From NCBI GenBank assembly GCA_043228905.1, contig JBHGNT010000041.1, positions 62,001 to 126,000 of the forward strand: DNA of 64,000 bases, given 5' to 3'. Made by a program: the position numbers and the translations under genes. The notes beneath the pieces were generated by a model. That model did no database searches, was not told the DNA's origin, and worked only from the letters and a program-made list of their open reading frames with translations. Source of the DNA: Azolla caroliniana. Its lineage: Eukaryota; Plantae; Polypodiophyta. This document shows, one piece after another, positions 36,166 through 48,779 of the stretch (positions are counted from its first letter, which is position 1; every line of letters begins with the position of its first letter).

Positions 36166-38554
36166 ATCCGGAGGAATCTCGGCCTCGCTGACCTCATCGT
36201 CAGAACTCGGATTGGAGGTAAGGTCCGGAGTCGGAGGCAAGTACCAGGACGCGGACTCGTCAATCACAATGTCACGGCTCACGCGCGCTTGTTTAGTGCG
36301 CGAGTTATAACACTTATAACCCTTCTGCTTCTCCGAGTAACCGACCAAGATACATTTCTCGGCCTTTGTGTCTAGCTTCCTCCGTTTCTTTTTCGGCACA
36401 TGCACATACGCAATGCTACCGAAAACTCGTAAGTGTCGCAAGTTCGGCTTCGTTCCGAAATATAGCTCGTGCGCCGACAGTTTTTCTCCGATCCGATTCT
36501 GGATGTATACCGTGGTCCTTACCGCCTCGGCCCAGTAGAACTTGGGCAAACTCTTCTCTTCCAGCATTTCCCGTGCCGCTTCCACAACCGACCCATTTTT
36601 CCTCTTGGCCACGCCATTTTGCTCCGGCGTGTATCTAAAACTGAATTCACGCCGAATTCCCATTTGTTGCAGATAGCCATTGAATTGACCAAAAAAGTAC
36701 TCTTTTCCACCATCCGACTGTAGGCACTTGATCTTTCTTCCTGTTTCCGTTTCCACGAACCCTTTGAGGTCCTGGAAACAGCCGAAGACTTCACTCTTCC
36801 TCTCCATGAGGTAGATCCATGTGTGCCGCGTGTAGTCGTCGATGAAGGAGACGAAATATCGGCTCCTGCCAAGACTAACATTTTGTGCCGGCCCCCACAC
36901 ATCAGAGTGTATCACGTCGAGCTTGTTCCGGCTCTGGTTACGCTCGTTGGGGAAGGGAAGTCGGTGTTGCTTCCCAAGCTGGCAGGCTTCACAAATTTGT
37001 GCCTTCCGGCCACTAAATTTGGGCAATCCGAACTCCACTTGTTTCGATTGTAGGTCTTGAAGCCACTAGTAGTTGACGTGGCCTATCCGATTGTGCCATA
37101 AGTCAATGTCCGACTGGACTTTTTGTCCCTTCGCGAACATTGCGGTGCCACTGTCAATAGAGTGGAGGATGAACATCCTTCCATCTCTGCGCCCTTGCGC
37201 AATAATACGGCCTTCTTCCTCAATGAAGCACCCGAGGTGTGTAAACCAAACCTGCATCCCCTGGTCGACGATCTGCCCGACCGACACCAGATTCTTCGTG
37301 ATGGTCGGGATGTGTAACACGTTCATAAGTCTCCCTTTCTGCCCAACATTGCTCAAGGGAACTTCATCGACATTCGCGATAGGATGCAGAGTGTCGTCTC
37401 CGGTTGCAACTACTCCTGGTTGCGTCGGTTTCTCAAGGTATGAGAACCACTCCTCATGGCACGTCATGTGGTTTGACGTGCCGGAGTCAACGTACCACAC
37501 CTCCTCTGACTTTGGGGTGATCTTCTTCATTGAGTTTGCTTCGTGTCTCGTCACGAAGACTGACCCTTTTCCGACTTTTCCGGATCCTTCGGCGTAGTGC
37601 GATCGCTGCCGGTTTCCTTTGTCGATATTTCTGGAACCTGATCCGGAACCGGTCCTCTCCGACTCGGCGCGCTTTTTCCAACACTCGCTCTCCTTGTGGC
37701 CTTTGTTGCCACAGTACCAGCATTCCGCAGCGGATTTCCCTTGCCAGTTCTCGTCGCCTCGATTCCCCTTGTTTCCGGAGGGTCCGGAATTGTTGTCGAC
37801 ATCACTTCGGTGCCTTCTTCCTTGATCTCGTCAGCTGTCTGAGTTCCTAATACTCAATCTGTACATAGGATGTGCTCAGTGAGCACTTTTATACAAGCCC
37901 TGACAATCGGGCTGACACAAGTGCTAATAGTACTTGACTGCTCATTAATGAGCTTCGACACTTACTCCCAAAACTATTCCTTACAAGGAATATCTTTCTA
38001 ACGGCCTTTCGGTCTACGCACCGGTTTACGCATCCGTTTTATGCACAAATGTTGAGCTTGTCTCTCAACATGGGGCTCGAACCCATGGCCACAAGGTTAA
38101 GAGCCTTGCACTCTCCCATCCGAGCTAGGCCAACTAGATAACATGGAACATTTCATCTACCAAGAGTATGTGTTACGTGGAAAGAAGTGCACATGAAGAA
38201 TGTAGAGTTCCAACAGAGCCCATCCAACATGTACAGTTCCATATACATTTTTATGTGGGAAGAAATGCCTTTAAATCTAGGGGATCAAGCCTGTGTCGAC
38301 TTGACAATGTGGTTGTTGGATCCAGTGTTCTATGAACATCTTACATGGAGAGCAACACCAACCACCCTCTACAATTTAAACTAGGTAAATGGCAATGTGA
38401 AGTTGATGACGTGGTTATTATGTATTTTCATGTATCTAGGGTTTCACGAACATCGCCAACCATGGGGCTCTAAAATTTAAACTAGGTAAATGGCAATGTG
38501 AAGTTGATGACGTGGTTATTATGTATTTTCATGTATCTAGGGTTTCACGAACAT

Positions 38555-38627
38555 CGCCAACCATGGGGCTCGAACCCATGACCACAAGGTTAAGAGCCTT
38601 GCGCTCTACCATCTGAGCTAGGCTGGC
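38555..38627 (-). tRNA. tRNA-Lys(CUU), intact cloverleaf
   Basis: GCCAGCC/GGTTGGC acceptor stem; otherwise identical to 17935-18007. Confidence 0.8.
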
Positions 38628-39150
38628 TTGACAACATGCTTTATTTGTGTATTTCATCTACCTAGAGTCCCGTAAACATTGTTTTCACTGAACAATAATC
38701 CAAGCGTAATTAACAAGGTTGGTCGACGCAGGTAATTCCGTAATGAATAGTAAGAGAAAGGTCTATCTGGATTAAAATGACCAATAGGTTGAGCGCCTTG
38801 CGCTCTACAATCTAAGCTAGGCCAGCTAGATAACAAGAAATGTTTGATCTACCAATATATCTTTCTTTTTCTTTTGTTTGTTCATATTCTCCCTTCAACT
38901 AGGGCCAAAAATGCCCTTCCCACATGTAGAGTTCGATAGAACATTATATGTGGCAAGAAATGCTCTTCCGACATGGGTATTTAGCCTGACATGTTTGTTA
39001 TGTTCCTTAATGGATCTCTAGTTCCATGAACATTTTACATGGAAAATAACGCCAACCATGAGGATTTACTATTTAAGCTAGCCTAGCATGTTTGTTAAAT
39101 ACTTTCATTAAGTGGTCTACAATTCAATGAACGTTTTACGTGGTATGAAA

Positions 39151-39226
39151 CGCAGGCCATGGGGCTCGAACCCATGACCACAAGGTTAAGAGCAAGGTTG
39201 CGCTCTTCCATCTGAGCAAGGTCAGC
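39151..39226 (-). pseudogene. tRNA-Lys(CUU) degenerate copy
   Basis: Homologous; anticodon stem disrupted by a small insertion. Confidence 0.75.
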
Positions 39227-39350
39227 TAGATAACATAAAACGTTTCATCTACCAAGAGTACCTTTTACGTGGCAAGAAGTGCACATCAAGCATGTAGAGT
39301 TCCAAAAACATTTTATGTGGCCAACTGAGCCCATCCAACATGTACATTTC

Positions 39351-42300
39351 TATTAGGAAATCGGTCTCTCCGGATGGGATCTGGTGATGAATAAAGAGGA
39401 CCCGGTGAGAACCGGAAGAGATCCGGAAATCGGAGGTGAACCGGTGAAAACCGAAGAAAGCCAGTGAGAACTGGAAGAGAAGACATATTGAGGCTTGTTT
39501 TGAGTAAGCCTATTGAGGCTATATTTGTAAATAGCCTTTTGTTCATATAAGTATAAATATGACTGAGGGCAATCACTCTATGTAGTGGTTATTGTTGTTA
39601 TTGTCATATTGTTGTACAGAGAGAGAGAGACAGAGAGCGGCAGAGAGAGAGTGTGAGATACAGAGAAATACTCTGTTGTAACCGCCGGTTGGCAAAGATA
39701 TAGAGCTCGAGTTCGTTGCCTCAGAGTCTCTGCTTGTACCCTCTTTTTCTTCGTAGTGATAGTTAGAGTTTGTGAGCTCCCGTGGTTTTTCCCATTCAGG
39801 GTTTTCCACGTAAACATCCTGTGTATTTCCTTTTGTGTACTCTCTACTACCCATTTCTGTGTTTCATTCTCATAAAACTGTTCAAGACTCGGTTGTGGCC
39901 GAGCAATATTCCGCGCCATTTTCAACAAATTGGTATCAGAGCCTACAACACGAGAAATGGAAGATTCGTTCGGCTCCAACTACTCAGTGTGGAAGTCGCA
40001 AATGAGGGATATGTTGGTGGTCAAAGATCTTCGGTTGCCGGTTCAGTTCGGGGACAAGAGACTGGATAAGATCGACACCACAGTGTGGGAGGTGATGCAC
40101 ATGAAGACGATGACATACATCCAGTGCTTTATCGATATGAGCCTGTACAACAACTTCAATGAAGATAGCAAGGCTCATGAACTCTGGGAGAAGATCAGCA
40201 TCATGTTCCAGAACAAGAATGTTGTCAATCGGGTTTCGGTATTCCGGAAGCTAGTGAGGCTCCGGTACCAGGACGACTCCAGTATAGCGGAGCATATGAC
40301 TGCCTTCCAGGGACTGATCCACCAGGAAACCTCGTTGGAAGTACCTCTCGCGGATGAGGTACTCGCATTGCTCTTGCTCGGTTCCCTCCCGGATAGCTGG
40401 GAGACATTAGTTGTCACCTTGGGCAACACCGGGCTGGAAGGAAAATAGTTGTCCCTAGCAAGGGTAAAATCAAGCCTGCTAGATGAAGAAGCTCGCCGGA
40501 AGAACCGGGAGTCTGGAACCGATCCGAAGGCCTTGGTCACGGAAGATGGCCACAACCGGGGAAGAGGCTGGTATCGGAGTCCCCAAAACCGGGAAAAGTC
40601 AGGGACGAGGTTGAAGGGAAGGGGGAGGCCCACTTGCTTCTATTGTGGGAAGCCGGGGCACTTCCAGAAGAACTGTCGGCATTTCCGGAAAGAGAAAGAA
40701 ACCGGTAGCACCGATTCGAAGAAGAGTTCGAACCGAAACGGTTCTGACCGGAGAGGCCCGGATCGGAAGTGAATGTCGGCGATCGCGACAAGGGAAGAAG
40801 AACTTATGCTCATTACCGAAGAGAATGAGTTAAACATTGTCGGCGACGAGACAACATGGGTTGTTGATTCCGGAGCGTCGTTCCACCTGACACCGGATCG
40901 GAAATGCTTCTCATCCTACTCAGTCGGTGATCATGGTTGTGTCTGGTTGGGGAATGAAGGTACATGCCGAATTATCGGCATAGGAGATGTGTTGTTGATG
41001 ACATCAACCACATGCAAATTGCTCCTAAAGGATGTCCGACATGTTCCGGATGTTCGACTGAACCTGATATCAGCCAGTCGGCTAGATGATGAAGGCTACA
41101 CGGGTTGCATCCGGAATGGAGTCATGAAGTTTAGCAAGGGAAGCTTGATAGTGGCTCGAGCCCAGAAGGTCAACACACTATACTTGATGAATGCTCGGAT
41201 ATGCCGGGAAGAAGTGAACGTAGCATCTGATACTTCCGGTGAGCTGTGGCACAAAAGGTTGTCTCACATGAGTGAGAAGGGGATGAAGAGGCTTGCCGAA
41301 GATAACCTCATTCCGGTGAAGGACGTGCAACTTGAGAAGTGCACCGATTGCTTGGCCGGAAAGCAAAACCGAACCTCCTTCCAGTCAAGACCATCGATGA
41401 GACAGAATGCACCACTGGAGCTGGTGCATACCGATGTGTGTCAAGGAGATACGAAGTCACATGCCGGATCGCAGTACTTCGTGAAGTTCATAGATGACCA
41501 CAGCCGGAAGTTGTGGGTCTCACCATTGAAGACAAAGGATCAGGTGTTATCCGTCTTCGAGGAGCTCCACACAAGAGTAGAAAGAGAAACCAACCGGAAG
41601 TTGAAGGCGGTTCGAGCAGATAAAGGAGGAGAATACCGGGGGCATTTTGAGGAGTACTGCCGATCGAAGGGAATCTGGCTCGAATTCACCGTGCCGAAGA
41701 CGCCGGAACTAAATGGGCTGGCTGAACGGATGAACCGGACCATGATGGAGAGAGTCTGAAGCATCCTAGCACAGGCCAAGTTACCCAAGACGTTATGGGC
41801 CGAGGCGCTGACAACGGCGACCTATGTGATAAACAAATCACCCTTAGCACCACAGAAAGTATGGACCGGTAAAGATGTATCCTACTGGCATCTAAAGGTG
41901 TTCGGGTGTCTCGCCTACATGCATGTGGCAAAGGACAAGAGAGCAAAGCTGGATTCAAAGTCCAGGCCATGCATATTGCTTGGATACGGCGATGATGAGT
42001 TCGGTTACCGGGTGTGGGATATTGTCGACAAGAAGGTGTTCCGGAGTCGGAACATAGTCTTCATGAAAGACAAGACCATTGCCGACTAGGAGTCGGAGAA
42101 GAAGATGATCAACTCCGGATCATCCAATGAAAACTGGCCAAAGGACACAAGGACTTACCTGGTTGAAAACCGGATGTTAGCCGATAACCGGATGACACTC
42201 GAAGAACCGGCCAGATATGGACAGGAATCCAAACCAACCGAAGAAGAGGACACCGGAACCGGACAAGATCCTGAATCAGATGAGGATGAGGAACAAACAG

Positions 42301-42915
42301 AGGAACCAAAAGATAGAAACCAGGGACGGAGATATCCTCTCCGAGGAAGAAGAGCCCCCCAGAGATTTCCGGATGCAGAGCATGTGTTGCTAACCGATGA
42401 GGGGGAGCTGGAAAGCTTCGAAGAAGCAAAGAGAGACACCCACAACCACAAGTGGTTGAGTGCCATGCAAGATGAGATGGATTCCGTGCATGAGAACCAC
42501 ACGTATGAACTGACCGAGTTGTTGAAAGGAAAGAGGGCACTCCGGAACAAGTGGGTGTACAAGCTGAAACCGGGAGATGCCGGAAATCCACCAAGGTATT
42601 TAAGGCCTGAATCGTGGTGAAGGGCTTCTAGCAGAAGATAGGAGTGGACTTCAATGAGATCTTTGCCCCAGTAGTAAAGATGACATCCATCCGGACGGTA
42701 TTGGGCATAGCGGCAAGCATGGACCTCGAGGTAGAGCAGCTGGACGTGAAGACGACTTTCCTCCATGGTGACCTCAAAGAGGAGATCTACATGCATCAAC
42801 CTAAACGATTTGAGAAGAAAGGGAAGGAGCAACTAGTGTGTCAGCTGAAGAAGAGCTTATACGGACTGAAGCAAGCTCCCCGGCAATGGTACCGGAAGTT
42901 CGACTCCTTCATGTC
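39351..42915 (+). mobile_element. gag-pol: Copia family A (Tnt1/Tork-like): 5' LTR-PBS-gag-PR-INT-RT start, 3' truncated
   Basis: LTR 39351-39927; iMet PBS tggtatcagagc at 39931-39942; ATG 39957. [42 protein letters not shown]. Breaks after KFDSFM. Confidence 0.92.
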
Positions 42916-44308
42916 TGTAAAAGAATAGCGTGCGGAAGTGATGGATAACCGAACACAGACTCTCCTCGGCAATGGTACCGGAAGTTCGACTCCTTCACAC
43001 TAGGAATATACAAATACAAATGGTTTAGACACGCCATACACCCTAGCAAACGTTTATTCTACCTACTTAATAGATCCCCCTCCACCCAAGACACATATAT
43101 GTGGTTTGGTGGAAAACAGAAATTATTTCCCTTCCTTCCACACCCCAAATCCCGAAATAAAAAACCTAGAACCAACTTCTGGAAACCTCTTACTAGTACA
43201 CAAGTAATTCATAGTAAAATCCATAACCTCTCTAAACATAACCTCACTAAAAATGAAACACAATTGTTGAACCTAGGCCTTAAGTATATCCCACCATCCC
43301 CACCTCCCTCCCCCAAAAATATCCTAAAAGAATTCACCCACCTCTCTAGATCCCTCAAGCTAAAACATTTTTTTAGAAATACACCTTCACTTCCTCTCAA
43401 CCCCTTCAAACTACCTAACCCTAGTTGGCTGCCACCCATAGAATATCCACCTCTAGTCTCCATAATAGAAAAACACCAACACATCCTTAACCAAATAGCA
43501 CACAACACTAAGCCCATAAACACTAGAATCCCATACCACCTCTCTAGAGCCTTTAAAAGCCTCCAACACAACAAACACATTATCATCCTCCCAGCCAATA
43601 AAAATATGGGAGTATGTGTTCTAGATAAAGACACATACTACACCAAAGCCATAGAACACCTCAAGAATTCTACCACCTATAAGAGAGTCAGCCACCTCCC
43701 CTTGGAAGAGTTACTATACCGCCTTAATAACATAATAACAAACCACTTAGGTACACTTTCCCTAATTGAAGCTAATTTCATCCTCCACAAACCCAAAAAA
43801 GGATATCAAGTATCCAACCTCTATTTCCTCCCTAAATTACACAAAACACCTGTGGGTTTTCAACCCATTTGTTCATATAATAACTCCTTATTTGAACAAA
43901 CATCAAAGTGGTTACATCACCAACTTCTACCAATCCTCCTTCTCCAACCACAATATCTAAAAGACTCACACACTAATCCAATCACTAGAAAACCTACACT
44001 CACCATCTAATAGTTTCTTATTTACGTTTGACGTTGAATCTCTCTATCCTAGTATCCCCCCTAAGCTAGAACTCCAAGCCCTACGTAGTCTAATCACCCC
44101 CCACTTTTCCCCTTCGAAAACAAATCTCATCTATACCCTTAGTGCCCTTGTTTTAGAATATCACTATCTTACTTTCGATGACATAGTTTACCAACAAATA
44201 AAAGGTACGGCCATGGGTAGCAACTTTTCAGTCGTATATGCTTGCCTCTTTTTAGTATATCTCGAAAACTTACAACCATCGCCCCCCCATCTCTTCTACT
44301 TCACCCGC

Positions 44309-45478
44309 TGTCGTGAAGATCCGTCACTACGCGCGGATCGTGAGGCAGAACCGTCGGGGTTCTGGACTGGAAGGATTCAAAGTCGGTACAAGCTTTCGCG
44401 CAAGCTTTAGCGAGAAAGTACTTAAGATAGATTGGGAAAGAGAGAAGTTGAGATTAAACGATTGAGAGAGATTGATTGAACTTTTATCTTTGGATTTAAG
44501 AAACAAGTTACACGATCAATTTGATAACGAATTTCTTCTTCTTAATTTCATAACCCAAAAAAAAAACATTTTTTCTCCTCCCCCTTCCTTCTTTTATAGA
44601 TGCTCTCATGCATATGCATGTGAGGGTACAAGACATGCATAAAATGCATGTTTGCCATTTGGCGCTCATGTATTACATGTGGTGCATGATAACCATGTCA
44701 CTCATTTTAGCTCTCATGTATGAGAATTTACATGTAAAAAGTACAATGATAGAAATATAAATCCAACTAAATGGCATGGTTTAATGGTAAGCCAATTGAC
44801 TCCTAACTTGGAGGTGCAAGGTTCGAATCCTTACTTGCCTTCCTTGTATATATATATATGTATATATATTTATATATTTATTTATCTAGTCACCGGACGC
44901 CGGTTCGTCGTCGCCTTACCGGTGTCGGATGCCGTCGGTTACCGGTGCCTCGCCGGATGCCGTCGTCACCGGTTGCCGCCGGATGTCGTCGATTACCGAT
45001 GCCTCACCGGATGTCGCCGCCTCGCCGTCGCCGGATTGCCATCGGATGTCGGTGTCTCACTACCGTCGGATCACCGGCTCCATCGCCGGTCCGATTTTAG
45101 TTGGCCAAAACCCTTTATGAGTAGCTAGCCCACCTCCACTCTTAGTTCAAGTTACCTTGAACTCTCTATGCTCCACACATAGACACAAAGATAATATATT
45201 TTTCTCTCCCTTATATATGATAAGAGTCGTATTTGTCGTGCCTATGTGGGATATCTCACAATTTTCTCTTTTCCTTTCACAAACTTTATACCCTCATATC
45301 TTGACATTTAGTTGTCCGTTTCTCGTGTAATAAAGTGCATTCGAAACCTCCATCATTTTGTACTTAGATATTAAATTTATTTAAAATGTTATCTTCACAA
45401 TTATTGTATTATGTGATTCATAATCGATTTTGTACGTTTTATGGGATTTTCACACTACTGCCGAAAATCTTCACGACA
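44309..45478 (-). repeat. Solo LTR of the Trp-primed gypsy lineage
   Basis: Termini tgtcgtgaag...cttcacgaca; 4-bp TSD ccgc/ccgc; 44590-44740 is a reverse-complement homologue of 5840-5995. Confidence 0.88.
44773..44839 (+). promoter_or_regulatory. tRNA-like Pol III cassette in solo LTR, antisense to element
   Basis: A-box tggtttaatgg (44777-44787), consensus B-box ggttcgaatcc (44820-44830), T-stem aagg/cctt, ggca...tgcc termini. Confidence 0.7.
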
Positions 45479-46074
45479 CCGCTATATTGATGATGCATTT
45501 GGGGTCTGGACAGGCACCAAATCTCAACTTTTAGAATATCTCGACTTTTACCCTTTACACACAAATAACTCTATCAAGCTTACCATTCAAACTTCCCCCA
45601 TATGGATCAACCTCGAAAACTCATCTTTTTCATTCAATTGTTTTCAAAAACCTCTCAATTTATACCAATACTTGCCTTTTTCATCGAATCATCCTTCCCA
45701 TACAAAACAACACTTTATCACTAATGAAGTGAAGAGATATCTCATTAGAGAAAGCACCCCATTAGGTTTCTACCAAATGAAAAAACTCTTTTTCAATAGA
45801 CTAGTTAACCGTGGTTACCCTCCGTCCTTTATACTAAAAAGCTATAAGAAAATACCTTTTAATCTTAGAAAAACACTCCTATATCAAACCATAACTATTA
45901 CTTCCCTTAACCCCACAATCTTTAAACTTAGATACACCAAACATACCCCAAAACTAGGCATTCATAGTTTTCTAAAAAATCTCTATAATGACTTAATGTT
46001 AGATCCCGAGCTTACATGCATCTCACGCCCTTTCGTATGTTGGACAAAATCTAAGTCCTTACATGCCCTCCTAG

Positions 46075-46238
46075 TTAAGATTAAGTTTTCAAAAAATCCA
46101 CAAAAATCCCCCACTTAAAACTCAGTTTTCAAACAATCCACCCAAATCCCCCACTTAAGACTAAATTTTCAAACAATCCACCCAAATCCCCCACTTAACA
46201 CTAAGTTTTCAAATAATTCACCCACATCCCTCACTTAA
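46075..46238 (+). repeat. Four 40-bp tandem repeats at the PLE 3' end, overlapping the stop codon
   Basis: Unit ttaagactaagttttcaaacaatccacccaaatcccccac at 46075, 46115, 46155 and 46195. Confidence 0.88.
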
Positions 46239-46343
46239 TATTATACCGCCATCCTAAATCCCCCTTTTTCATCACATTAAGAACTCCCCCCTCACCATCA
46301 TCATTATACTCATTTCCCCTCTCTCATTCCCTATCACTATCCT

Positions 46344-46384
<41 letters not shown>

Positions 46385-46477
46385 CCACATCCTATTCTAT
46401 CTCATCTACTACACAAATCAAATCCTCCCCACTCCTTTTCTCTCACTCCCTCTTCCTTTCCACCCCTTTATAAATCA

Positions 46478-48372
46478 CATTCTCTTCTATAATATTTCCG
46501 GAAGCAATGAGACGACCATCAATGACTACTACAGAGGCTGGAGATGGGAGTTTTTTTAGGGATATCTGATGAGCTTTGGCAAAATTCCTATCCATGAAGC
46601 AAGAGTTGGCTCCGGAATCTAAGAGTGCTAAGACATCTACTGGAGGAGTACTTTTAGTACTAACCATTACTTGAGCTAAGAACACATTGCTAACTTACTT
46701 AGAGGAAATGAAACCACTAATGGGTTGCACAAATCTAGGGTTGTCCAACCAAATGGCTCCTATTTTGGCTGGACTTAATCGTTTAACTCTTCTTCTAGTT
46801 GACTAAGGATTTCAAATTTGTTTGAAAGACTTGGGCTATTAGTACTATCAGACACACCTAGAGAAATAGATTCGGGTTTAGTACTATTAGTACTAGTGGT
46901 TATTTGATTTACCTGCCTTTTCGGCCAATGGGGGCAATTCACTGCAATATGCCCCGGTCCACCGCAATAAAGACATAATCGATTTGCCCGGCGTCGCTGC
47001 TTTTCTTCTTCCGATAGTGGTTCGCGACAACGTGTGGTGTCGATTTCCATTGGAGTCGAAGTATTTGTTGGAGACATATTCAATGACTCCCTTGGGAAAG
47101 GCTTTGCTATGCTTGAAGCGTCGGTGGGTTCCGATCTTGTCCTTGGCATTTGAAACTGACGTTTTGAACATCGTTCGAAGAGGCGATTATCTCATCGCAC
47201 TGCATGATTGATTGCTTCTGTCAATGACTTTGGCTCCACGGGGAAAGTTAAGAGTAAATCTTTAACATCATTACGTAGGCCAAAACGAAATTACTCCATT
47301 TGTGCCTGGTCATCCCAGGGAATATCGGTGGCAAGAAGAAGGAAATCCGCAGCATAAGCCAAGGCCGGCCGCTCACCTTGGTGCAATCTTCGGATTTTGT
47401 TGATTGTTATTCTAACATTGTCGGTATCTCCAAAACAGGCTTTAAACTCGGTAATAAACTCTTCGAAATTATTTAGCAAGGGAGAGCTTTTTTCTAACAG
47501 GGGGGCGAACCAGGCCAAAGTCATGCCACTAAGTAGAGTGCCTACTAGTCCCACTCGTGATGCATCAGTGGGATATCGAGAAGGATGCATTTGAATGACT
47601 AATTGTACCTAATTAAGGAATCCTCTAAACGGCAATCGCATTCCATCAAATTTCATGGGAAGGCCAATCTTGGGTTCTTTATGAACCCCTTGCATACTGG
47701 GTCCTTATTGTTGCATTGCTACTATGGTTGCTTCAAGCTGTTGCACGCGTAACGCTAGTTCCCCGTGTTGTTGTTGCGTCTGCTGCTTCTCTAAGGAGAT
47801 TTGTTGAAGCTCTCCCAACAATCGTTGATTTTCTTGTTCCAATGCGAGAAACTTCTCTTTCAAGCATTGCAACTCCGAAAAAACGGATTGATATTCTTGA
47901 GCACTAACAGTGGCCATAGTATGAGAGAAAAGAGGAATAAGAGATTAGTATGAAGGGAGGGAGAAGTAAGAAGATAAAGGAAGAGAAGGAAGGAGAGCAA
48001 AATCGGTTCAAATTGTCAGGAGCAGTACTAAGACGGAGAAGTACTGTCAGGAACAGTACTAAAACAGAGAAGGAATTAGTACTAAAATATGAGGATTAGT
48101 ACTAAGGGAGGTGTAGAACTCTTGAAGGAAGGAAAGAGTGAGTGAGAGAGAGAGATTGAGGATAACAAAAGATATATTATGTTAAGGGAATATACAATAG
48201 TAGCTAGGAGGCTTAAGACTGGCATTGAACCCATTTGGTTCGAAATAATGCCTTGTGCCTCCTTTTATAGTGTTCTCAGGAGTACTCTTGAAGTTTCTAG
48301 AATGTTCCAGAGAAATCTGGAATATACATCAATTTTCTATAGTAAAACTTAAAGGAAAATAATATCTTTACA
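46478..48372 (-). mobile_element. gag: Truncated family E chromovirus (partial 5' LTR-gag-protease)
   Basis: ORFs 47705-47917, 47291-47590, 46775-47149 and 46443-46685 are homologous to E1. LTR from 48014 has a duplicated terminus (tgtcagg at 48014 and 48045). Self-priming PBS at 48001-48012. Confidence 0.88.
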
Positions 48373-48379
48373 ACGTTAG

Positions 48380-48465
48380 GTTATCGCTTATATACTAAGC
48401 CCTAACTATATGGACGAGTTCACATTAGGATACAAAGTGGAAGAAGTCAGCCTTTTATGCAAACA
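48380..48465 (-). repeat. Copia family B LTR 5' fragment
   Basis: Reverse complement of 14658-14745. Confidence 0.75.
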
Positions 48466-48779
48466 GCCATTCAATTTGTCGGGTAGGCTAACAGTGGGTT
48501 CGAGGACATATGGATCAAGGTTGTTAGATACGGGTAGGCTAACAACCATTCTTTTTGCTTCTTTTTCACTAAAATCTTTTTTTTCTTTTGCTTTTTGTCG
48601 GGGTTTTACTTACAATTTTTTATAAATACGTATTATACATGTTTTTTCAAATGTATATAAATACCATATTGGACAAATGTACATTATATTTGATGAACAA
48701 CATTAAGGTATAGTACGTACTATACAAATTTTGAGGTACTATATGTATTCAAACGTTAAATACGGGTATGTAAACAACC

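Larger units (their letters stand above)
27968..38070 (-). mobile_element. Copia family D element inserted in the T-arm of a tRNA-Lys copy; 5' gag, PBS and part of the 5' LTR deleted; carries two nested insertions
   Basis: TSD tgggg/tgggg. 3' LTR 27968-28398 with PPT at 28399-28410; 5' LTR remnant about 37848-38070. [37 protein letters not shown]. Confidence 0.9.
38071..39350 (-). repeat. tRNA-Lys satellite block 3, continuous with block 2 before the family D insertion
   Basis: Resumes exactly at the TSD tgggg. tRNA copies at 38071-38134 (split), 38555-38627, 38778-38826 (partial) and 39151-39226. Confidence 0.9.
43000..46240 (+). mobile_element. Penelope-like retroelement (PLE) with RT but no visible GIY-YIG endonuclease, split by a solo LTR
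   Basis: N-terminal IHNLSKHNLT...LLNLGLKYIP; ILPANKNMG; LYFLPKLHK; TFDVESLYPSIP near 44020; GTAMGSNFS. FTR|YIDD is restored once 44309-45478 is removed. Thumb region HPSHTK...RLVNRGYP; stop at 46118. Confidence 0.85.

Noticed and set aside
44784-45128. Overlapping Arg/Cys-rich ORFs
   Set aside because: They arise from a GC-rich degenerate minisatellite inside a solo LTR
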